A DNA stretch of 29,402 bases from a virus (lineage: Duplodnaviria > Caudoviricetes), in IMG/VR virus record IMGVR_UViG_3300028025_005807, positions 1-29,402 of that record; one strand, given 5' to 3'. Of this stretch, positions 17,282 to 25,264 are shown piece after piece; position 1 is the first letter of the stretch; every line of letters starts with the position of its first letter. The position numbers and the translations under genes are program-made. The notes below the pieces were generated by a model. The model worked only from the letters and a program-made list of their open reading frames with translations, was not told where the DNA came from and did not search any database.

Positions 17282-17466
17282 GCAGCATTAAAGTTAAGAA
17301 AGATGAGCAAACTGGGGAGTGTTATATTGACTTTAATGATATAGCCCACATGTTTGAAGACCCGTCCATTATTGAGTACTATGTGCTAGAAGAAAATGAG
17401 AAAGGTAATATTGTATTAGAATTTTTTGATAAAGACGAAAATCCAATCTACCCAGTTGAAAAATGA
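17278..17466 (+). CDS. Small acidic protein
   Basis: 62 aa, ATGA overlaps at both ends, directly upstream of clpX. Confidence 0.6.
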   Translation: MSSIKVKKDEQTGECYIDFNDIAHMFEDPSIIEYYVLEENEKGNIVLEFFDKDENPIYPVEK

Positions 17467-18389
17467 AAACACCTGAGCAAATTAAAAAAGAATTAGACGA
17501 ATACGTTATTGGTCATGACAAGACTAAAAAAGCCATGTCAGTGGCTGCTTATAACCATTTTAAAAGAATGGGCGGCAGTTCTATAAAAAAATCCAACGTG
17601 CTATTAATTGGACCAACTGGCTGTGGAAAGACTTATATAGTCTCAATATTAGCAAGAATTCTAGGAGTTAGCTTTTTGACAAGCGACGCTACTCAGTTTA
17701 CCTCTGCCGGATATCAAGGACGAAGTGTAGAAGAATTAATCACAGATCTTATCGGTATTTGCGAGGGCGACGAGAAGAGAGCAGCCAAGTCTATTATTTA
17801 CATAGATGAAATTGATAAGCTCAGAAAAAAGTCAATGGACGGAAATCAAGCCGATGTTAACGGTCTTGGAGTTCAACAAGCTCTTTTAAAACTGTTGGAA
17901 GGAAGCGAAGTTCCGTACATTTCTAAGTATTCGCAAAATGGCGAGTACGACAGGAAGATGAATACTAAAGATATTTTATTTATATGCTCAGGAGCTTTTG
18001 TTGGACTTGAGTCCACTTCAATAGCACACCTCACAGACTTTGGAATGATCCCAGAGTTTCTTGGAAGATTCTCGGTCATTACGCAGCTTCAAGAGCTTAA
18101 ATTTGACGACTATAGAAAGATCCTTCGTGACTCTAAGGGGTCTATCCTAAACTCGTTTAAAGAATGGTTTTTGAGCGAAAAAATTGAGCTTGTAGTAGAT
18201 GACAGTGCTATTAATATCATAGCTCAAAAAGCTATAGACAAGGGATTAGGGGCTAGAGGTTTGCACAGCGTTCTGGACGAGGCTTTACTAAATGCTCAGT
18301 TCGAAGCTCCTAGCTTAGCGATTAAACCTAAACAATTTATATTAGACTCTTCGGTGGTACTTAGTGGAAAAACCAAGTGGATTTATTAA
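17463..18389 (+). CDS. clpX: Minimal ClpX-like AAA+ ATPase
   Basis: LDEYVIG, AYNHFKR, KSNVLLIGPTGCGKT, IYIDEIDK, GVQQALLKLLEG, FGMIPEFLGRF, GARGL. Confidence 0.92.
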   Translation: MKTPEQIKKELDEYVIGHDKTKKAMSVAAYNHFKRMGGSSIKKSNVLLIGPTGCGKTYIVSILARILGVSFLTSDATQFTSAGYQGRSVEELITDLIGICEGDEKRAAKSIIYIDEIDKLRKKSMDGNQADVNGLGVQQALLKLLEGSEVPYISKYSQNGEYDRKMNTKDILFICSGAFVGLESTSIAHLTDFGMIPEFLGRFSVITQLQELKFDDYRKILRDSKGSILNSFKEWFLSEKIELVVDDSAINIIAQKAIDKGLGARGLHSVLDEALLNAQFEAPSLAIKPKQFILDSSVVLSGKTKWIY

Positions 18390-18639
18390 GTCATACACTG
18401 ACATAACTCTAGCTCCTTCTTTTGTGGATAGGATAAAGCTTCCTTTTGGGACGGTGTTTGTAGACAGGGTTATAACCCATGGAATTATAATATGCGATAA
18501 GATAGATTATGTAATTGAAGGCGATGAGCTAATTTTCATCAACGATATGACTTCTTATTTAGAACCGGGTGATCATGTTGTTATTTTGCACACAATTAGC
18601 GACTTAATTAACACAAGCTTAGGCAGGGAATTATTTTGA
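18364..18639 (+). CDS. Small protein with TSLGRELF tail (tail family 10)
   Basis: Overlaps clpX 3' end; ends NTSLGRELF; TTGA overlap with next gene. Confidence 0.65.
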   Translation: MEKPSGFIKSYTDITLAPSFVDRIKLPFGTVFVDRVITHGIIICDKIDYVIEGDELIFINDMTSYLEPGDHVVILHTISDLINTSLGRELF

Positions 18640-18839
18640 AAAGAAGTGTGATGCTTAAAATAATTGCACTAAATATAGGAATGCAAGCCCTTTCGACAGG
18701 AAATGCTAACGCTGATATTTCTTGGATAGATGTTGACGATCTGTTAAAAGAAATTGAAAATCAAGGAATGCTTCCTCCAAGATGTGAACTTCCTAAGTTA
18801 GGAATATCGGATAACGCATGGGAGTCAGAGAATGAATAA
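18636..18839 (+). CDS. Hypothetical protein
   Basis: TTG start coupled to upstream stop. Confidence 0.6.
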   Translation: MKRSVMLKIIALNIGMQALSTGNANADISWIDVDDLLKEIENQGMLPPRCELPKLGISDNAWESENE

Positions 18840-19380
18840 TGCTAACTTACCTCCGATTAGAGTATCTGTGTGGAACAGATTTCTTTTTGATGATAATTCC
18901 AGTTTTTATGGCAAGACTGGTGGACATTTGATGTCTGTCCGAGGTAGGCAGAACCAAGCCCTCCAGTTTACCGTTTTATTGGACAATGGTGCTCTTTTTA
19001 CTGGGCTACCTGCCCACGCCATTACCTTCAGAGAAGACGAGTTTAATGGGGTTTTAAACCTGCAAGACGCTCAGATGTGGGACTGTATTAGCGACGACAT
19101 TGAAGTTTTTACAATAGAAAATTTAAGGTATGCTGAATGTGAAGTTTTGGGCAATGAAATAGCGGCGGCTGGAAAGTATCTATTCACTGTAGATTTTGTT
19201 GGGGAAGGATTTTCTCGCCACCCTACTCACTGGAAACAGTTACACGCTGTTCAGACCAATGATGGCTATCTTATGCTTTACCCTCAGTATCGTATTAGAT
19301 TTGTGGACAAGGCTTTGTTTGACGGGAGCGAGCTGCCTAAATACTCTCCGAACACAAAACACTGGATTGTTGGATCATGA
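18832..19380 (+). CDS. Hypothetical phage protein
   Basis: 182-aa ORF with globular composition (FTVLLDNGALFTGLP, QMWDC); function not recognised. Confidence 0.75.
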   Translation: MNNANLPPIRVSVWNRFLFDDNSSFYGKTGGHLMSVRGRQNQALQFTVLLDNGALFTGLPAHAITFREDEFNGVLNLQDAQMWDCISDDIEVFTIENLRYAECEVLGNEIAAAGKYLFTVDFVGEGFSRHPTHWKQLHAVQTNDGYLMLYPQYRIRFVDKALFDGSELPKYSPNTKHWIVGS

Positions 19381-19562
19381 AAGACATGACTTTTGGCACT
19401 TTTATCTCTTGTCTATTCCTTTCTTTTATGTTAGGCTTCTTAGCGTGTCATAAACTGTACGCAGGACTTAACAAGGATAGGTTTAATGATATCTCTAATG
19501 TATGGCGGAATAACCCATCACTACACGGCTCCGACACTAAATTATTGCAAAACGATAAATAA
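19377..19562 (+). CDS. Small ORF with hydrophobic, signal-like N-terminus
   Basis: FISCLFLSFMLGFLAC; overlaps next ORF by 77 nt. Confidence 0.45.
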   Translation: MKDMTFGTFISCLFLSFMLGFLACHKLYAGLNKDRFNDISNVWRNNPSLHGSDTKLLQNDK

Positions 19563-19890
19563 CGTCGGCACTATCCATAACGAATACATAATAGCTATGG
19601 CTGGAAGTGCTAACGCTAAAATTGGTATTTTAAAAGGAAAAGATTCTGCCTGTGCGAATATAGTGGGTCCAATCTCAAGTTTTAAACTAGACGACAATGT
19701 TGACTTTATGCTGGGTGGGTATAACACTAACTTCAAAGCGTTTGAAAAAAGAGGAATTATACCTCCTAGTTTTGGTGGGATAACTCCAGTTGTTGGCGTT
19801 AATTTTAAGATACCAATAACAGACAATATTAAAATTAACAACTTAGTATCTATTGGAATAATAACTCATGCGTTGAGTGTAGAGTTTTAA
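19486..19890 (+). CDS. Beta-rich protein, possible outer-membrane barrel
   Basis: Gly-rich amphipathic strands; ends THALSVEF. Confidence 0.6.
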   Translation: MISLMYGGITHHYTAPTLNYCKTINNVGTIHNEYIIAMAGSANAKIGILKGKDSACANIVGPISSFKLDDNVDFMLGGYNTNFKAFEKRGIIPPSFGGITPVVGVNFKIPITDNIKINNLVSIGIITHALSVEF

Positions 19891-19906
19891 TAAAGGAATT
19901 ATCTTA

Positions 19907-20068
19907 ATGACTATTTTAATATTACTAGCTTTATCAAATAATATGCCTAGTATAACTTCTATTGAGTTTGATAGTTATAGCAGTTGTTTAAAAGCTTTAA
20001 ACTCTATGATTGAAACAGAAGATAAGACTAAAAAGATTTTATTTAAGGGAAGATGTGTAAGCAAATGA
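19907..20068 (+). CDS. 53-aa protein (not in the ORF track)
   Basis: AAGGA SD; MTILILLAL...EFDSYSSCLKA...GRCVSK. Confidence 0.55.
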   Translation: MTILILLALSNNMPSITSIEFDSYSSCLKALNSMIETEDKTKKILFKGRCVSK

Positions 20069-20220
20069 ATTATGTTAGACTAATTTCAATTGTAATAATA
20101 CTTGTAAATTCTTTTAAGCTGTTTTTAAGCGATGATTTAACAGAGTCTTTTATAGGGCTTTTATTAATCCCAGTGTTTATTATCTACCTTAAAAAAGTAG
20201 TTTATAAACTCCGGCAATAA
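20065..20220 (+). CDS. 51-aa two-helix membrane protein (not in the ORF track)
   Basis: ATGA overlap; LISIVIILV and FIGLLLIPVFIIYL. Confidence 0.45.
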   Translation: MNYVRLISIVIILVNSFKLFLSDDLTESFIGLLLIPVFIIYLKKVVYKLRQ

Positions 20221-20458
20221 AAGTTACTACAGAAGCCAAAGCTCCTATAATTCTTAAGCTTGCATCAACCAAAGCAACGTGCTTTTTAACAGGCTGCATT
20301 TCTTGGCGAATAAGCTCAATATTCTGCTCAGCAAGATCTGTGCGATATATGTGATGCTCTAAGTCTTTAGCTTGTTTTGCTAAGGTAATGTCAATACTAG
20401 ATATTTTATCGTCTATCTTATCTATCTTCTCTTCGATCTTATCTAATTTCTCTTCCAT
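20189..20458 (-). CDS. Coiled-coil protein with C-terminal TM helix; holin-like
   Basis: LDKIEEKIDKID heptads; IIGALASVVTFIAGVY; last gene of the late module. Confidence 0.55.
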   Translation of the reverse strand: MEEKLDKIEEKIDKIDDKISSIDITLAKQAKDLEHHIYRTDLAEQNIELIRQEMQPVKKHVALVDASLRIIGALASVVTFIAGVYKLLF

Positions 20459-20467
20459 AACATTCCT

Positions 20468-22606
20468 CTAAGCTGGACCTTTTAATATTAAGGGTGTTTC
20501 TTCTTCTGTCTTTTGCTCGTCTTTAAGTTTACGCACTAACTCTCTGAAAGCAGGTTGTTGGTTCAATCCAAATAACACCGCTTCTTTTTGAGAGGCTGGA
20601 GCGTCTACAATCTGGCTTAAAACACGACTATACTCTTGAGACACCTTATCTGGAGATGATTGCATAGCTTGTGCCACAGACGATATTTCGGCTGGATTAT
20701 CAGCTTTAAGAACTTGCGTCTTTGGAGCTTCTACGTAAGTTGGAGCTAATGCGCCAAGCTTTTCTGCTTGCATAACTTTTTCTTTATAAGCTTTAACCTC
20801 TGGCTTTTCATAAGCGGATGGAGTTTTATCATAAGATTCATATCCACGTTCTGTTAAACCCTGTTTAAAACTAGCAAGTCTTGCTTTTTGCAATTGTTCT
20901 TCTGGATCACGAATTCCACGCTCAAACCAATACGTAGATTGTACCCCTTCCATTGATTTTGGACTTACTGCAATCGGAGCATTTCTAACATCGCTGGTTT
21001 CAATATCTGTAGGTAAAGCCCCTGATGTTTCTGGAGATGCGGCTTCTTCAGCGGCTTGTGCAGCAATTGCTCCAACGGCAGCCCCTCCGAATGGTAGTGC
21101 TTTAAGTGCACCCTTGCCTATTGTTTTTGCAGTTTTAGTTACAACACTAGGTAAAGCCGCAGAAATAGCTTCTGGTAAAGTTGCTACTCCTCTAGATACA
21201 CTTCTAGTAGTTATACTTTGCAGTATTTGGTTGATTATATTTGCGTTAACATACCCAATTCCTCCGCCTTTCTTTTCTGCTAATTTTAAGGCAGCCATTT
21301 GAATCTTTTTAAATTTATCCTCTGGCAAATACTTTTTTAAAACTTCTATATTTTCTATGACATTTGTTGGACTAGTTTTATCATAAGAAGTAGATAAATC
21401 TTTAACTATATTTTCTATTTGAGAATCTGGCATGTCAATTGTTGTTTTAGTACCCTCTCCAACTCTTTTAATATATCCTGCTTTTTCTAAAGCTTCAAGT
21501 TTAGATAATTCGACATTTTCAGCTTCCATCAACCTTCCAGCTTCGGGAGAAAGTTCTGATATTTTTTTTCTTATTTGAGTTGAAGTTGCCGCCGCTGGTT
21601 TTTCACTTAGTTGACCTTGTTCTGTAAAACCCCTGCCTCTTAATTGTCTAAGCTTTTCTTGCAACTCATATCCGCGAATATCTGCAGATCCAATATTTAA
21701 TATTTTTCTAAAAGCAGCTTCTTCTGGAGGATCAAGTTTTCCAACTCCTTTTAAAGAAGGAAATATCTCTGCTAAAGGAGTTTCTTCCACAGATATCAAC
21801 TTAGCTCGCTGCTCTTGAAAAATAGGAAAAGCTTCTTGAGCTGTCATTCCTTTAAAGTCAAATGCTTGGGGATTTTGTAAAACTTGTTCTTTTGTAGTTT
21901 TAGCTATTTGATCTGCAGTTTTTTGAGGTAATTGACCTAACGACATTTCTGAAGCTTTGGTAACTGCTTCTTTTGCTTTAAGGTCAGCAAATTCTTCAAG
22001 CATTTTTTCTTGCTTGGATTTTACAACTTCCTGAGTAGATTCTATGGCTGGTTGTAAAGTTTTAGAAACTTCTGATTGTGATATTGGTTTTGCAAAAGTT
22101 GGTTGACCATATTTATTTTGTTCTAAAGCCGCCTTTTCTACTAGTGACCTAAAGTCATCTGGAGTGATTTTCTTATCAGCTAATAACTCTCCGGCTTGTT
22201 CATACATTTGGTTGATGCTAGTATTTGTACCCCTAGCTTGAGCTAAAAGATCATTTACTTCTTGTACCGGATTTGTAGCTTTAAATTCTGGAAAGTTTTC
22301 TTTAATAACTTTAAGTTGCTCTGGAGATGTTCCTCCCATCTGAGCTATTTTTTCTAAGCCTTTTTCGACGTATTCTCCTGTTTTTTCAATACCTCTTTGA
22401 GTTGCTTTTCCAGCTAAGTAGCCAGCTAATGGAGCTTTAAGCTCTTCATCTGCAGCAGTAGTTTTAGGGGATTGATTATTTTCAGAATCTTCAAAGGCTT
22501 TTAATTCCTGTTCTGTTGGTGGGGAGTAGGTAGATTTTAAGTTTGACTCAGAGGTTTCAAATGCCTCTAATTCCTTTTCCGTTGGGGGTGCGAATTTAGA
22601 ATTCAT
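20468..22606 (-). CDS. Large putative internal virion/ejection protein
   Basis: 712 aa, helical A/E/K/Q-rich, GALKALPFGGAAVGAIAA segment; context. Confidence 0.6.
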   Translation of the reverse strand: MNSKFAPPTEKELEAFETSESNLKSTYSPPTEQELKAFEDSENNQSPKTTAADEELKAPLAGYLAGKATQRGIEKTGEYVEKGLEKIAQMGGTSPEQLKVIKENFPEFKATNPVQEVNDLLAQARGTNTSINQMYEQAGELLADKKITPDDFRSLVEKAALEQNKYGQPTFAKPISQSEVSKTLQPAIESTQEVVKSKQEKMLEEFADLKAKEAVTKASEMSLGQLPQKTADQIAKTTKEQVLQNPQAFDFKGMTAQEAFPIFQEQRAKLISVEETPLAEIFPSLKGVGKLDPPEEAAFRKILNIGSADIRGYELQEKLRQLRGRGFTEQGQLSEKPAAATSTQIRKKISELSPEAGRLMEAENVELSKLEALEKAGYIKRVGEGTKTTIDMPDSQIENIVKDLSTSYDKTSPTNVIENIEVLKKYLPEDKFKKIQMAALKLAEKKGGGIGYVNANIINQILQSITTRSVSRGVATLPEAISAALPSVVTKTAKTIGKGALKALPFGGAAVGAIAAQAAEEAASPETSGALPTDIETSDVRNAPIAVSPKSMEGVQSTYWFERGIRDPEEQLQKARLASFKQGLTERGYESYDKTPSAYEKPEVKAYKEKVMQAEKLGALAPTYVEAPKTQVLKADNPAEISSVAQAMQSSPDKVSQEYSRVLSQIVDAPASQKEAVLFGLNQQPAFRELVRKLKDEQKTEEETPLILKGPA

Positions 22607-23943
22607 TAAATACCTTCTCTATTTTTTAAAAATCTAGAAGCCTTATCGTAATCCCCTTTAAAATATTTATCTGCGTAATCTTGTGTTTCTTTATCTTTTT
22701 CAGATTTTTGTACACTTTCTGAAGTTCCACTGAATCTATTAGATGTAAATCCTCCTCGATCTTGGTATTCTGAAACAACCTCTTTTGGATATCCTGCTTC
22801 AATATTTGCAAAGGCTTTTTTAAGTCCTTCCTTAAATCTTTTCATAGCTTTTAATTTTTCTTCTTCTGTATTAAACTTTCCTTCATTGAATTCTTTTTTT
22901 AAGTTTTGTAATTCAGGTGGAGTTACAGCAACTCCAGATCTATTTTTTAATTCTACGTTAAATAATTTACTCATAGTAGAATCTAAATCTCTAGCTCCGG
23001 TACTATAAAAAGTAGTTCTTCCAATACCTGGGATAGAAACTCCCGGAATATCTATAGATTTACCTTTAATCTTTCCTGTGCTATCTATATCATCTAAATT
23101 AAAACCTAATTCCTGCTCAATACTATCTACGGTAGTAGCTACGTTTTGTGAACTTTGTAAATCTGCTTGTAGTTTTTGAGTTTTCTTATCAATTGCTTCA
23201 TTCTTTTTAGTTTCTTGCATCATTTCTTGATAAGGAGTCAGCTCACCTTTTCCGGAAGCTCTAATTCCAGCCGCTTTTAAATTACCTTCAATTTGCATCT
23301 GAGCTAATTCTCTAGCTCTTAAATCTGCTGTTTTTGCTCTTGATTCTTCTGAAGTAAGTCGTGCTTGCGCTCTTTCTCCCTTAGCTAATTCCGCATACTG
23401 CTTCATCATAGCTTCTCGTCTTGTTGCAACATCACTTGCAATTTCTGGAGCTGTAGCAAACATACTAGCAATTTCTCCAAGACCAGCTCCTTGCTGAACT
23501 TGCACTCCGGGAGCTTTGACATTCATCTGACCTTGAGCATTAAGATAAGTTGCTAACGCATCTCCCAAAGCCCCGCCAACTTTTAGCATTCTGTCACGCT
23601 TTCTAGCTTCTGCCAAATCTTGTTCACCTTTTCCTAGCAGTTTATTGTACTCTGCTATTAAAGCTTCTGATTTAGACATCGGAGCTTCTGGGAAAGGTGG
23701 GAGATTCTTATCTTCAGCTGAACTTACAGCTTCTTTTTTTGGAGCACTTTGTTTTACAACTGGTTGAGCTGGAGTTTTGACTTCAGGTTCTGGAGCTTGT
23801 TGCTCCATGATAGAAGCTAATTGTTCTGGAGTTGGATTAGCTGGAGTCATTAGCTGGTCTTGAGTTGGAGTCATTGGAGAGAAAAGTCGTTCCTCTTCTT
23901 TAGGATTAAGCAAGTCTGTTAATGCTTTATAATCAATTGCCAT
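22606..23943 (-). CDS. Putative internal virion/ejection protein
   Basis: 445 aa, P/Q-rich N-terminus, helical; context. Confidence 0.6.
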   Translation of the reverse strand: MAIDYKALTDLLNPKEEERLFSPMTPTQDQLMTPANPTPEQLASIMEQQAPEPEVKTPAQPVVKQSAPKKEAVSSAEDKNLPPFPEAPMSKSEALIAEYNKLLGKGEQDLAEARKRDRMLKVGGALGDALATYLNAQGQMNVKAPGVQVQQGAGLGEIASMFATAPEIASDVATRREAMMKQYAELAKGERAQARLTSEESRAKTADLRARELAQMQIEGNLKAAGIRASGKGELTPYQEMMQETKKNEAIDKKTQKLQADLQSSQNVATTVDSIEQELGFNLDDIDSTGKIKGKSIDIPGVSIPGIGRTTFYSTGARDLDSTMSKLFNVELKNRSGVAVTPPELQNLKKEFNEGKFNTEEEKLKAMKRFKEGLKKAFANIEAGYPKEVVSEYQDRGGFTSNRFSGTSESVQKSEKDKETQDYADKYFKGDYDKASRFLKNREGI

Positions 23944-23946
23944 AAT

Positions 23947-24915
23947 TTATCCTATATTCTCGTATGGATTTTTTCCAGGTTGCCAGTTTACAGCATAGTT
24001 AGTATTTTGAGGTTGGGAAGTCGCTGCTCCTGCTACTGTACTTCCTGCAGCAGCTCCTGCAGGGCCTCCGATCATAGCTCCTCCGATTGTAGCTCCGGCT
24101 TTAATTAAACCACCAACCAGAGCTTGCTGTGCTCCTTGAGCTGCCGCTGCTTGCTGTTGCATTTGTTGTGCTAAAGAGGATTGCGCTCCAGTAACTCCCG
24201 TAGCTTTCGCCATTTGATTCTGGAATTGTTGCTGAATAAGACCTTTATTATACATCTCTTGCTGATTTTTTGTTGCAGCTTGTTGATTAGCAATGCTTTG
24301 TCTTTGTGCTAAATTTTGAGCAGAAACACCCTGTCTGTTCTGTGCATTAAACTGAGCAATAGCGTCTGCTGCAGATGCTTTCTGTCCAGCTAATGCTAAT
24401 TGTTGTTGAGACATTTGAGAAGCCATACTTCCTTGTTGTCCTAAAGCTGCCATACGAGCTTGTTGAGCTTGTGCTGCAGTTTGTAAAGCAATATCTTTTC
24501 CAGACTGACCTGCTCCTTGTACAGCCTGAGCTTGTAAAGCTAATCTCTGACCTTGACCAAGAGTTGGATCTTCTCTAAGCTGTTGCAGTCTAGCTTGTTC
24601 AGCTCCCGCCACTCTTCCTAATCCCTGCTCTATGTTTAGTCTAGATTGTGCATCTAGACCACCAGCTTCTGCAACTCCTGTTATGCCTTCTAAAGCAGCC
24701 ATTTGTGCAGCCTGTAATCTTGGGTCCATTTCAACTTGTTCAAGACGAGATGGGCCTAATGCTTCAGCTTCTAATAATCCCACAAGTTCTGGGCTTTGTA
24801 AAGCAATTTGTTGAGCTTCAATTGTTGGAATTCCAATAGCTTCTAGACGAGCAATGTTATCTCGCATAAGCCTATTGGCTTGTTTCATTTCGCTTTTTCC
24901 AGCATTCTTACTCAT
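23947..24915 (-). CDS. Putative DNA ejection/pilot protein
   Basis: Q/A-rich with GATIGGAMIGGPAGAAAG glycine zipper, typical of podovirus ejection proteins. Confidence 0.65.
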   Translation of the reverse strand: MSKNAGKSEMKQANRLMRDNIARLEAIGIPTIEAQQIALQSPELVGLLEAEALGPSRLEQVEMDPRLQAAQMAALEGITGVAEAGGLDAQSRLNIEQGLGRVAGAEQARLQQLREDPTLGQGQRLALQAQAVQGAGQSGKDIALQTAAQAQQARMAALGQQGSMASQMSQQQLALAGQKASAADAIAQFNAQNRQGVSAQNLAQRQSIANQQAATKNQQEMYNKGLIQQQFQNQMAKATGVTGAQSSLAQQMQQQAAAAQGAQQALVGGLIKAGATIGGAMIGGPAGAAAGSTVAGAATSQPQNTNYAVNWQPGKNPYENIG

Positions 24916-25264
24916 ATCTCACACCTCTATTATATACAATTTGATACACATCTTCGTAACTATGTTGCATTCCAAATAACCGACATAAATGAGCCGTTCT
25001 TTGTTGCGTAAACTCAGATGTACTTTTACTTATTTGAGCAGAAATTGTCTTACATTTTTCTTGTCTAGCAATTTCTTCTATTTTAATCATTAAATCTCTC
25101 CACTTATCATTTCCTCTAACTTGTGGAGCAACATACATTTCTATAACTTTTAAGCATTTAACTGGACCAACTTCCTGTAGCTCATAAGTTACAAAGCTAT
25201 CTTCGTCCTCAAGAGTTTCCCAGTTTACAGTTTCTTTTACAAACTGTGCGTATAAACTAGCCAC
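24908..25264 (-). CDS. GNAT-fold acetyltransferase-like protein
   Basis: MYVAPQVRGN...IEEIARQEKC resembles the acetyl-CoA binding motif; GTG start. Confidence 0.7.
   Translation of the reverse strand: MASLYAQFVKETVNWETLEDEDSFVTYELQEVGPVKCLKVIEMYVAPQVRGNDKWRDLMIKIEEIARQEKCKTISAQISKSTSEFTQQRTAHLCRLFGMQHSYEDVYQIVYNRGVRYE

Noticed and set aside
15609-18389. A conventional phage ClpXP protease pair
   Set aside because: ClpX lacks the IGF loop and ClpP appears exported, so a canonical complex is doubtful
10-18639. Diversity-generating retroelement or integron explanation for the tail ORFs
   Set aside because: No reverse transcriptase, integrase, template/variable repeat pair or attC-like hairpins are visible in the window
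2798-25259. TAG stop-codon reassignment, suggested by in-frame continuations at 4010 and 20468
   Set aside because: Long genes are intact under code 11, and TAG ends genes cleanly next to the following gene's SD or start (2800, 20468, 25257)
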